The notes under the pieces were generated by a model, which made no database searches, was not told the DNA's origin, and saw nothing but the letters and a program-made list of their open reading frames with translations. 64,000 nucleotides of DNA from the NCBI GenBank assembly GCA_017857815.1, contig JAFMCL010000008.1:1774-65773 (forward strand), given 5' to 3'. Position 1 is the first letter of the stretch. Every line of letters starts with the position of its first letter. Of the stretch, positions 36,867-45,244 are shown piece by piece. This DNA is from Flavobacteriaceae bacterium. Lineage in GTDB: Bacteria > Bacteroidota > Bacteroidia > Flavobacteriales > Flavobacteriaceae. A program made the position numbers and the translations under genes.

Positions 36867-38348
36867 ATGAAATCTACAGGAGCAAAAATTTTCGCTGCGA
36901 TCATCCATCTTAAAAACAAAACATGGATTACGAACCCCCTTAAGTATCAAAAAAAAACATTTACTAACCTCATCAAAAATGCCAAAAACACTTCTTTTGG
37001 AAAAGATCACTTTTTTGAAAATATTACTAATTATGAAGACTTTAAAAAAGCCGTTCCCATCAGAGATTATGAAGGACTGAGGCCTTATGTTGAAAAAATG
37101 CTAGAAGGGGATTCGCATGTCTTGTGGCCAGGAAAACCACTCTATTATGCCAAAACCAGTGGAACCACTTCTGGGGTAAAATACATCCCTATCAGCAAAG
37201 AATCCATGCCTGCTCATATTCAGGCGGCGAGAGATGCCTTGTTAAATTATATTCATGAAACCGGAAACACGGATTTTGTTAAAGGCAAACAAATTTTTCT
37301 TCAAGGAAGTCCAATCTTAGACAAAAAAGGAGACAGCACATTTGGAAGATTGTCAGGAATCGTTGCACATTATGTACCCAAATATTTACAGAAAAGCAGA
37401 ATGCCTTCTTGGGACACAAACTGCATTGAGGATTGGGAAACAAAAGTAGATGCAGTTGTTGAGGAAACAATAGCTGAAAACATGACCCTTATTGCAGGGA
37501 TTCCTTCTTGGGTACAAATGTATTTTGAGAAATTGATTGAAAAGTCAAAAAAGCCTGTAGGAGAATTATTCAAAAACTTTTCTTTATTTGTTTATGGCGG
37601 TGTTAACTATGAACCCTATCGACCATTATTTGAAGAACTTATCGGAAAAAAGGTAGACAGCATTGAGTTATTCCCAGCCTCAGAAGGCTTTTTTGCCTAT
37701 CAAGATCAACAGAACAACAAAGGCCTTTTGCTTCTCGTCAACCATGGAATTTTTTATGAATTCATCGAAGCAGCCCACTTTTCTGAAGAAAACCCTCAAA
37801 GAATTTCTTTGGAAGAGGTGAAGCTAGAGGTTAATTATGTTTTGATCATTACCACCAATGCAGGACTATGGGCATACAATATTGGCGACACAGTTAAATT
37901 TGTCTCCCTAACTCCCTATAGAATTGTGGTAACAGGAAGAATTAAGCATTTTATTTCTGCATTTGGAGAACACGTTATCGGTAAAGAAGTTGAAACCGCA
38001 ATGGAAAAAGTTTGCCTTGGTACTTCAATTCAAGTCAAAGAATTCACCGTTGCTCCTCAAATAAAACCTGAAACTGGTTTGCCCTATCACGAATGGTTTG
38101 TTGATTTTGTCAACCCACCTGAAGACTTCAATAAGTTTGCAGAAAGCTTAGACATTGAAATGCAAATCCAAAACGTCTATTATGAAGATTTGATTAAAGG
38201 AAAAGTATTAAAACAACTGGTTGTAACTCAGGTAGCAAGTGGAGGTTTTCAAACCTACATGAAAAGCATTGGCAAGCTGGGGGGGCAAAACAAGGTTCCA
38301 AGATTGTCTGACGACAGAAAGATTTGCAATCAATTGCCTTTAAAATAG
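36867..38348 (+). CDS. GH3 family (acyl-acid amido synthetase-like adenylating) protein
   Basis: YYAKTSGTTSGVKYIPIS matches the GH3 P-loop-like SSGTTxGxxKxIP. About 490 aa, which is typical of Bacteroidota GH3 homologues. It begins 2 nt after the M23 gene stop. Confidence 0.85.
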   Translation: MKSTGAKIFAAIIHLKNKTWITNPLKYQKKTFTNLIKNAKNTSFGKDHFFENITNYEDFKKAVPIRDYEGLRPYVEKMLEGDSHVLWPGKPLYYAKTSGTTSGVKYIPISKESMPAHIQAARDALLNYIHETGNTDFVKGKQIFLQGSPILDKKGDSTFGRLSGIVAHYVPKYLQKSRMPSWDTNCIEDWETKVDAVVEETIAENMTLIAGIPSWVQMYFEKLIEKSKKPVGELFKNFSLFVYGGVNYEPYRPLFEELIGKKVDSIELFPASEGFFAYQDQQNNKGLLLLVNHGIFYEFIEAAHFSEENPQRISLEEVKLEVNYVLIITTNAGLWAYNIGDTVKFVSLTPYRIVVTGRIKHFISAFGEHVIGKEVETAMEKVCLGTSIQVKEFTVAPQIKPETGLPYHEWFVDFVNPPEDFNKFAESLDIEMQIQNVYYEDLIKGKVLKQLVVTQVASGGFQTYMKSIGKLGGQNKVPRLSDDRKICNQLPLK

Positions 38349-38354
38349 AAGCTT

Positions 38355-38879
38355 ATGTATAAAAAAACTTCTCACAAAAAAAGGTACCAAAGAACGTTTT
38401 TATTTTTAAAAACACATATTTCTAAAGAATCTAAAATCTTAGATTTGGGCGTTGAAAACCCGTTCTCTGATTTCCTTAAAAGCGAAGGGTTTAAGGTTGA
38501 AAACACCAATGGAGAGGATTTGGACGAAGATCTCTCGGCTGTTCTAGACACTGATGCAGAAGTAATTACGGCCTTTGAAATCTTAGAGCACTTGTTATCG
38601 CCCTATGTGCTTTTAAAAGAAATTAAAGCTAAAAAATTATTGATAAGCGTTCCTTTAAAATTATGGTTTTCTCCCGCTTATAGAAGTTCAACGGACTTGA
38701 GAGACAGACACTATCATGAGTTTGAATCTTGGCAATTGGATTGGCTTTTAGAAAAAACAGGCTGGACAATTATTGCCTCTGACAAATGGACCAACCCAAC
38801 AAAAAAAATTGGGTTCAGAACACTGTTTAGATTTTTTGTGCCCAGATACTATATTGTTTACGCGAAAAAAAGAGATTAG
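38355..38879 (+). CDS. Short methyltransferase-like protein with a degenerate SAM motif I
   Basis: ILDLGVENPFSDFL sits where class I methyltransferases have (V/I)LDxGxGxG. AFEILEHLLSP resembles the post-II region. 174 aa. Confidence 0.5.
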   Translation: MYKKTSHKKRYQRTFLFLKTHISKESKILDLGVENPFSDFLKSEGFKVENTNGEDLDEDLSAVLDTDAEVITAFEILEHLLSPYVLLKEIKAKKLLISVPLKLWFSPAYRSSTDLRDRHYHEFESWQLDWLLEKTGWTIIASDKWTNPTKKIGFRTLFRFFVPRYYIVYAKKRD

Positions 38880-38885
38880 ATTATT

Positions 38886-39740
38886 TTGAAATTTTATATC
38901 ATCATACCAGCGCATAACGAAGAAGAAAACATTGGCTTGACTTTAGAATCGATTGCGGGTCAAACCGTAATTCCGCACCAATTGATTGTTGTTAACGACA
39001 ACTCTTCAGACAACACGAAAATGATCGTTGAAACCTTTGTCCAAAAATATTCTTGGATCAGACTTATTAATAAACAATCAACAGACAAACACCTCCCAGG
39101 AGCAAAAATAATTGACGCTTTCAAGACAGGCTATGAGGAATTAGACGAGCACTTTGATGTAATATGTAAGTTTGATGCCGACATGATTTTTGAGTCTAAT
39201 TACTTAGAAAAAATAGCACAACACTTTAATGCAAATCCTAAGCTCGGAATGGCGGCAGGCTTCTGTTATATTAAAAAAAACAATGCTTGGGTTTTAGAAA
39301 ACTTTACCCAAAAAGATCACATAAGAGGCGCTTTGAAAGCTTATAAAAAAGAATGTTTTTTGCAAATAGGGAAATTAAAATCATCGATCGGCTGGGACAC
39401 CATTGATGAATTGTTGGCGCAATACTATCAATGGGATATTTTAACCGATGAAACATTAAAGGTAAAGCACCTCAAACCAACGGGGCAAAATTATAGTGCA
39501 GGGGCTCAACTTTTGCAGGGAGTGGCGACTTACCGCATGCGATTGGGCTTGGTATTGACACTAATCATTGGCTTTAAAATGGCGATTAAGAAAAAAACAC
39601 CACTACTTTTTTTAGATTTTATCAAAGGATATTTTAAGGCCAAAAAAGAAGAACAAACCTATTTGGTTGACCCAAAACAAGGAAAATTTATAAGAGATTT
39701 GAGATGGAATGGGATTTTAAAAAAGATTAAACTTAATTAA
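38886..39740 (+). CDS. Family 2 glycosyltransferase
   Basis: The TTG start gives MKFYIIIPAHNEEENIGLTLESI...VVNDNSSDNT...FDADM (DxD), the GT2 N-terminal signature. C-terminal TM segments follow. Confidence 0.85.
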   Translation: MKFYIIIPAHNEEENIGLTLESIAGQTVIPHQLIVVNDNSSDNTKMIVETFVQKYSWIRLINKQSTDKHLPGAKIIDAFKTGYEELDEHFDVICKFDADMIFESNYLEKIAQHFNANPKLGMAAGFCYIKKNNAWVLENFTQKDHIRGALKAYKKECFLQIGKLKSSIGWDTIDELLAQYYQWDILTDETLKVKHLKPTGQNYSAGAQLLQGVATYRMRLGLVLTLIIGFKMAIKKKTPLLFLDFIKGYFKAKKEEQTYLVDPKQGKFIRDLRWNGILKKIKLN

Positions 39741-39777
39741 GAAATCACTTGATTATCTTTACACCAAAGTCGAAAGA

Positions 39778-41049
39778 ATGAATGTATTAGTATTAGGAAG
39801 TGGAGGTCGAGAACACACTTTTTGTTGGAAACTTGCACAAAGTAAAATCGTAGAAGGGCTTTATGCTGCTCCGGGGAACGCTGGAACGGCATTAATAGCA
39901 AACAACCTAGACTTTGGAGTCAATGATTTTGTCGCAATCAAAAAAGCGGTGCTTTTGCACAATATCGACTTGGTGGTAGTCGGCCCTGAAGATCCGCTTG
40001 TGAATGGAATTCATGATTTCTTTTTAGACGATATCAAATTAAAACACATCTCAGTTATTGGTCCCCAGAAACTTGCAGCAACCCTCGAAGGAAGTAAAGA
40101 ATTTGCGAAAGAGTTCATGATGCGCCATAAGATTCCAACGGCGAAATACGGAAGTTTTTCTCCCGAAAATATTGAAGAAGGCTATCTGTTTTTAGATCAA
40201 CTTTCCTCTCCTTATGTTTTAAAAGCTGACGGTTTGGCCGCAGGAAAAGGCGTTCTCATTATTGAAGACCTTTTGGAAGCAAAAAAGGAATTGTCTAATA
40301 TGTTGTTGGACAAAAAATTTGGAGCAGCATCTGCCAAAGTTGTGATCGAAGAGTTTTTGACAGGAATAGAGCTTTCTTGCTTTGTTTTAACAGACGGAAA
40401 ATCATTTGTCACCCTTCCGATGGCCAAAGACTACAAACGAATAGGAGAGGGAGATACGGGACTCAACACAGGTGGTATGGGAGCAGTATCACCAGTTCCG
40501 TTTGCTGACGAAGCTTTTAAAGAAAAAATCAATCAACAAGTTGTGGTTCCAACAATTAATGGATTAGCGAAGGACAACATTCCTTATGTAGGATTTATTT
40601 TTATTGGTTTAATCAAAATTGGAGCGGATCCTTTTGTCATTGAATATAATGTTAGAATGGGAGATCCAGAAACAGAAGTTGTTTTACCTAGAATAAAAAA
40701 CGATTTTGGAGAAATACTTTTGGCTGTTGGAGCGCAAAGGCTGTCTGAAGTTAAGTTGGAAATTGACTCTCGCGCAGCGACAACAGTAGTGGCCGTCTCT
40801 GGAGGATATCCGGAGGATTACCAAAAGGGCAAGGTCATTTTAGGATTGGATCGTGTCGAAGGTAGTCAAGTTTTTCATGCGGGTACGATCAATGATGCCG
40901 ATGAAATAAGGACCAATGGTGGACGTGTTTTGGCTGTGACTTCTTTTGGTAAAAACCATCAAGAAGCAATAGATCAATCATTTAGTCAACTAGAAAAAAT
41001 CCAGTATGAAGGAATTTATTACAGAAAAGACATAGGTTTTGACCTATAG
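39778..41049 (+). CDS. purD: Phosphoribosylamine--glycine ligase
   Basis: MNVLVLGSGGREHTFCWKLAQS, the ATP-grasp region VLKADGLAAGKGV and EYNVRMGDPETE. Confidence 0.96.
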   Translation: MNVLVLGSGGREHTFCWKLAQSKIVEGLYAAPGNAGTALIANNLDFGVNDFVAIKKAVLLHNIDLVVVGPEDPLVNGIHDFFLDDIKLKHISVIGPQKLAATLEGSKEFAKEFMMRHKIPTAKYGSFSPENIEEGYLFLDQLSSPYVLKADGLAAGKGVLIIEDLLEAKKELSNMLLDKKFGAASAKVVIEEFLTGIELSCFVLTDGKSFVTLPMAKDYKRIGEGDTGLNTGGMGAVSPVPFADEAFKEKINQQVVVPTINGLAKDNIPYVGFIFIGLIKIGADPFVIEYNVRMGDPETEVVLPRIKNDFGEILLAVGAQRLSEVKLEIDSRAATTVVAVSGGYPEDYQKGKVILGLDRVEGSQVFHAGTINDADEIRTNGGRVLAVTSFGKNHQEAIDQSFSQLEKIQYEGIYYRKDIGFDL

Positions 41050-41271
41050 AAAAGAATGTGCAGAAGTGTCTTTGTCTTCTTCTTCGTTCTTATCGAAAGA
41101 TCTAAGTTGAAGGATCCAGTAAACTCCAGCAGCAAGGCCAATTGCCATGAAAAACCAACTCATAAAATTTGCGACCCACCAGCTCTGTAGCTCTATATCG
41201 GCAAGAATATTATAAGGAATTAACAGTAATTCTTCGAATAGACGGGCTATGGCTTCAAAAAAATTTTTCAT
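41044..41271 (-). CDS. Small membrane protein (DUF6341-like; family from memory)
   Basis: MKNFFEAIARLFEELLLIPYNILADIELQSWWVANFMSWFFMAIGLAAGVYWILQL is followed by an acidic tail. ATG 41271 is preferred over TTG 41277. It overlaps the purD stop convergently. Confidence 0.5.
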   Translation of the reverse strand: MKNFFEAIARLFEELLLIPYNILADIELQSWWVANFMSWFFMAIGLAAGVYWILQLRSFDKNEEEDKDTSAHSFL

Positions 41272-41293
41272 CAACAAGGGTTTATTTATATTG

Positions 41294-41301
41294 CAAAAAT
41301 A
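41294..41301 (-). promoter_or_regulatory. -7 promoter box (TATTTTTG on minus strand) for the small membrane protein gene
   Basis: Plus-strand caaaaata, about 17-23 nt upstream of the candidate starts. Confidence 0.45.
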
Positions 41302-41313
41302 ACAAAAAGGAAC

Positions 41314-42237
41314 ATGATTGCCAATCTTTTTAAAAAATCTGACTATCTAAATTATTTCATCTCAGGATTTTTGATTTTATTAGGAGCTTTTTCAAATCAA
41401 TTTGAAGCGGCTAGTACAGAAGGAAGCCTTTCTCAAACATACGCCTCAATAATTATTTTTCTAATTGCTTTTTCAGTCATGATCTTTATGGATGTTTATC
41501 TTAAACAACAGAATTTTTTTAAAAAAAGTAGTTATTATAAAATGTTTTATGCACTGCTCTTTATCGCAATTCCAGGTATTAAAATTAATCTTTATATTCT
41601 TTTAGCCCCTTTTCTATTATTTTTTTCGATCTATAATATGAACCTATCTTTTGCCTCAAAAACGAATGTTAAACCTTATTTTGACACAGGTCTTTTTATC
41701 GCTTTTGCTACACTGCTTTATCCTTTTAATGCTCTATTCTTCATCATCCCTTTTTTGTTAATTATAACCAGCAATGGAAATCAACTTAAAAGATTGTTTT
41801 TGCTATTTCTACCACTATTGGTTATTGCTTTTATCGCTTATCCTATTTTTAGTATTCTAGAAATCGACAGGATTCAGGAGGATTTAAGAAAATGGACTTG
41901 GGAATTAAAACCATTTGATCTACCTCTTGAAACTAAATTGTTTTGGTACGTAACCATTGGATTTGGCCTGTTGATGTTAATCAATGATTTATTGAAAAGG
42001 AAAGATCTTTTTGGGTATCAAAAGCAAAATTACACATGGATAATTCTATTTTTTTTAATTATTCTTTTTATGATTTACGGGACAAATGACACAAGGCTGT
42101 TATTCTACCTGCTATTTCCAATCTCAATTTTTGTCGGAAGAGTTACTCAAAGGATGAAGAGTGATTTTTCAAGAAATATTCTTCCAACGCTGATCATCAT
42201 CGGAATTATACTTTTAAAATTTCCACTTTTTAATTGA
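41314..42237 (+). CDS. Polytopic integral membrane protein, function unknown
   Basis: 307 aa with about 8-9 predicted TM helices and very high Phe/Leu/Ile content. No catalytic motif recognised. Confidence 0.5.
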   Translation: MIANLFKKSDYLNYFISGFLILLGAFSNQFEAASTEGSLSQTYASIIIFLIAFSVMIFMDVYLKQQNFFKKSSYYKMFYALLFIAIPGIKINLYILLAPFLLFFSIYNMNLSFASKTNVKPYFDTGLFIAFATLLYPFNALFFIIPFLLIITSNGNQLKRLFLLFLPLLVIAFIAYPIFSILEIDRIQEDLRKWTWELKPFDLPLETKLFWYVTIGFGLLMLINDLLKRKDLFGYQKQNYTWIILFFLIILFMIYGTNDTRLLFYLLFPISIFVGRVTQRMKSDFSRNILPTLIIIGIILLKFPLFN

Positions 42238-42248
42238 TCACCAAATCG

Positions 42249-42256
42249 TATCTTTG
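42249..42256 (+). promoter_or_regulatory. -7 promoter box (TATCTTTG)
   Basis: Exact TAnnTTTG match. It overlaps the track ORF start at 42254, so the real start must be downstream, at ATG 42299. Confidence 0.5.
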
Positions 42257-42298
42257 AAAAAAAAACGAGGGAAAGGCCAAAAAAACATATTCATACGA

Positions 42299-42916
42299 AT
42301 GAGTGATAATAAAATAAGTAAAACTGCAATAAAAATTTTTAAGGAAAGCATTGACAAGTATCACTTACTTGACACTGTTGATCAGCCTTTTAGCAACCCC
42401 TATCCTCCAGATACCATTGCACATTTACTTTACAGAAAAAACTGGATTGATACTGTTCAGTGGCATTTTGAAGATTTGATTAGAGATCCTGAAATTGAAC
42501 CCGTTTTTGGAATGCAACTCAAAAGAAAGATTGATGCTTCCAACCAAGACAGAACGGATGTGGTTGAATCTATAGACAGTTTTTTCTTAGAGAAACACAA
42601 AGAAGTCAATGCACATGAAAATGCTACGATAAATTCAGAAAGTCCAGCCTGGGCGATTGATCGCTTGTCAATTTTAGAGTTGAAAATCTATCATATGGAA
42701 GAGGAGGCCAATCGCAAAAGCGCCTCTATAGCTCACAAAGAGAGATGCAATATTAAATTAAGTATTCTGCTAGATCAACGCATAGATTTGAGCGGTGCAA
42801 TTGATCAACTTTTGGAAGACATTGCTGAGGGTAAAAAATACATGAAAGTTTACAAACAAATGAAAATGTATAATGATGATTCTTTGAATCCGGTCTTGTA
42901 TAAAGACAAATCATAA
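42299..42916 (+). CDS. DUF4254 domain protein
   Basis: About 205 aa and soluble (WIDTVQWHFEDLIRDP...WAIDRLSILELKIYHM). It sits directly upstream of a GT9 heptosyltransferase, which is the usual partner of DUF4254. The family call is from memory. Confidence 0.6.
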   Translation: MSDNKISKTAIKIFKESIDKYHLLDTVDQPFSNPYPPDTIAHLLYRKNWIDTVQWHFEDLIRDPEIEPVFGMQLKRKIDASNQDRTDVVESIDSFFLEKHKEVNAHENATINSESPAWAIDRLSILELKIYHMEEEANRKSASIAHKERCNIKLSILLDQRIDLSGAIDQLLEDIAEGKKYMKVYKQMKMYNDDSLNPVLYKDKS

Positions 42917-42922
42917 AACCAA

Positions 42923-43954
42923 ATGAAAAATCCGCATCACTTGTTGCTTATTCGTTTTTCGGCGCTAGGCGATGTGGCGATACTGGTTCCTGTGATTCGT
43001 TGCCTCTATCAAACGTATCCCGGTTTAACAATCACTTTCCTAGGGAGGCCTTTTACAAAATCATTATTTAGAGAGTTTGAAAACTTCAATTTTCACCCAG
43101 TAGATTTTGGTGCAAAGCACAAGGGAATCAAAGGTTTGTGGCGTCTTTTTAAGGAACTTAAAAACATTCCGTTTTCTGGAATAGCAGATTTACACTCGGT
43201 TTTAAGGACTCATTTATTGTCTTTGTTTTTTAAATTAACTTTTTTTAAAGTAAAAAAAATTGACAAAGGCCGTCGGGAGAAACGCTTATTGACTAGAAGT
43301 TCAAACAAGAAATTTCAACCCCTGACGCCAACAATCTATCGTTATACAGACGTCTTTAGGAAGCTTGGCTTTCCAGTTGAATTAGATGCGCATGAGTTTT
43401 CATTTAAAAGAGAATTCCCCAAGAGCATTCAGACACATTTTGAAGTCAAAAATAAAAAATGGATAGGGATTGCCCCTTTTGCTTCTTTTGAAGGGAAAAT
43501 GTACCCTTTGGATCAAATGCAGCAAGTGATTGCTTCCCTTGAAAAGGAATTTCAAATTTTTTTATTTGGAGCCGGAGCTATCGAAAAAGACCGATTAGAG
43601 ATTTGGGAGAGGTCCTATGAAAACGTTTATTCTACTGCAGGACGTATTTCTTTTGAAGATCAGCTCGACCTTATGCCACATTTGGATTTAATGATTTCTA
43701 TGGATTCTGCCAATGGTCACTTGGCGGCAAATTATGGAACTCCAGTGCTAACTTTGTGGGGACTTACACATCCTTTTTGTGGTTTTTCTCCATTCAATCA
43801 ACCCGTAACAAACGCCTTGCTTTTGGACAGAAAAAAATACCCTAAAATCCCAACTTCTGTTTTCGGGAATAAAATCCCAAAAGGATATGAAGAGGCTTTT
43901 AGGTCTTTAACTCCTTTGACCGTAATTGAAAAAACTTTAGAAATTATAAAGTAG
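42923..43954 (+). CDS. Family 9 glycosyltransferase (LPS heptosyltransferase-like)
   Basis: LLIRFSALGDVAILVPVIR N-terminal motif and the C-terminal DSANGHLAANYGTPVLTLWG motif are typical of GT9. Confidence 0.85.
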   Translation: MKNPHHLLLIRFSALGDVAILVPVIRCLYQTYPGLTITFLGRPFTKSLFREFENFNFHPVDFGAKHKGIKGLWRLFKELKNIPFSGIADLHSVLRTHLLSLFFKLTFFKVKKIDKGRREKRLLTRSSNKKFQPLTPTIYRYTDVFRKLGFPVELDAHEFSFKREFPKSIQTHFEVKNKKWIGIAPFASFEGKMYPLDQMQQVIASLEKEFQIFLFGAGAIEKDRLEIWERSYENVYSTAGRISFEDQLDLMPHLDLMISMDSANGHLAANYGTPVLTLWGLTHPFCGFSPFNQPVTNALLLDRKKYPKIPTSVFGNKIPKGYEEAFRSLTPLTVIEKTLEIIK

Positions 43955-43963
43955 TTTTAAAAA

Positions 43964-45007
43964 CTAGACGTCGTCATAATCTACTTTAAGGTGTGAACTG
44001 CTAATGTGAGCTTGACAAGTTAGAATCAATCCTTCTTCTATTTCTTCGTCAGTTAGAACCTGATTGTTATCCATTGTTACAGTTCCTTCCTTAATCTTGG
44101 CAATACAACTGCTACAAACCCCTCCTTGACAAGAATAGGGGACGTCAATGTTGTTTTGTAGGGCAAGGTCTAAAACGCTTTTCCCCTTTGCGTTTTCAAA
44201 AGTATAGGATTCTTCATCGTAAATAATTTCTAATGACGCTCTTTCTGAATTGCTTTCGACTGCTGCAGTTCCCTTTTTTTCAGAAGCAGTAAATAATTCA
44301 AAATGAATGTTTTCTTTTAAAACAGCTTTTTCGACGAGCGTATCAGAAACAGTATTGATCATTTGTTCAGGACCGCAGAGGTAAAAATGATCGACGGGCT
44401 TGTCATAGTTGTTTAAAAAGTTTTTTACCACTGGAGCGTCGATTCGTCCAAAAAAGCTATTTTCTTCGTTTGATTGACTGAAGACCCAAGTGACTTTGAA
44501 TCGTGATTTGAATGTTTTTTCAAGCTCCTTAAGTTCGTTAAGAAACATGGTGTCCTCAGGAGTTTTGTTTCCATAGACCAAAGAAAATTCATTCTCAGGA
44601 TGACTTGAAAGCACTGTTTTAATGATTGACATGATTGGCGTAATACCACTTCCGGCAGCAAAAGCAACTATTTTTTCTGAAGTGCCTTTAGGATCATATA
44701 AAAACCGGCCTTGCGGAGAACCGACTAGGATGCTATCTTTAATCTGAAGCATTTTATTGGCAAAAGAAGAAAAGACCCCTTCTGGGATTTGTTTGATCCC
44801 GACTTGAAGCGCTTCGTTCGGCATGCTACAGATTGAATAAGACCGCCTAACTTTTTGATCGTTAACCACCGCCTCAAGGGTAAGGTATTGGCCTGATTTG
44901 AAACTAAATTTTTCTTTTTCATCAGAAGGAACCTCAAATGATAGAATAACTGAATTTGAGGTATTTTGTTCAATATTTGAAATGACCAATGAAGAGAAGT
45001 CTGACAT
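43964..45007 (-). CDS. Ferredoxin-NAD(P) reductase with C-terminal 2Fe-2S ferredoxin domain (PaaE/PaaK-like)
   Basis: RRSYSICS (the RxYS FAD motif), AAGSGITP (NAD binding) and the C-terminal CQGGVCSSC...C plant-type 2Fe-2S cysteines. Confidence 0.85.
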   Translation of the reverse strand: MSDFSSLVISNIEQNTSNSVILSFEVPSDEKEKFSFKSGQYLTLEAVVNDQKVRRSYSICSMPNEALQVGIKQIPEGVFSSFANKMLQIKDSILVGSPQGRFLYDPKGTSEKIVAFAAGSGITPIMSIIKTVLSSHPENEFSLVYGNKTPEDTMFLNELKELEKTFKSRFKVTWVFSQSNEENSFFGRIDAPVVKNFLNNYDKPVDHFYLCGPEQMINTVSDTLVEKAVLKENIHFELFTASEKKGTAAVESNSERASLEIIYDEESYTFENAKGKSVLDLALQNNIDVPYSCQGGVCSSCIAKIKEGTVTMDNNQVLTDEEIEEGLILTCQAHISSSHLKVDYDDV

Positions 45008-45040
45008 GTGTTTTTAGTTTAAATTTCAAGCCTATTATTA

Positions 45041-45048
45041 CAAAGATA
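45041..45048 (-). promoter_or_regulatory. -7 promoter box (TATCTTTG on minus strand) for the reductase gene
   Basis: Plus-strand caaagata, 34 nt upstream of the ATG at 45007. Confidence 0.45.
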
Positions 45049-45244
45049 TTTTAAAAACACTTGATGACAACAATAAAACTTTAGAGATTAAGCGCAATTT
45101 TTGTTAAAACATTTAAATTTATGGCGTTATTTACTCCAGTGTGGAATGCCTTGTAAAAACCTTTAAAGGCTTTCAATAATATTTTATGCACCAATCACAT
45201 ACTAAAACCCTTGTTTATCAGTTATTACAATTAAACTTTTCTAC

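Noticed and set aside
45121-45156. An 11-codon ORF (MALFTPVWNAL) and the CCTTTAAAGG palindrome in the 237-nt gap upstream of the sprE-like gene, as a leader peptide or sRNA.
   Set aside because: There is no promoter box, terminator or convincing structure around it. It is too short to evaluate from sequence alone.
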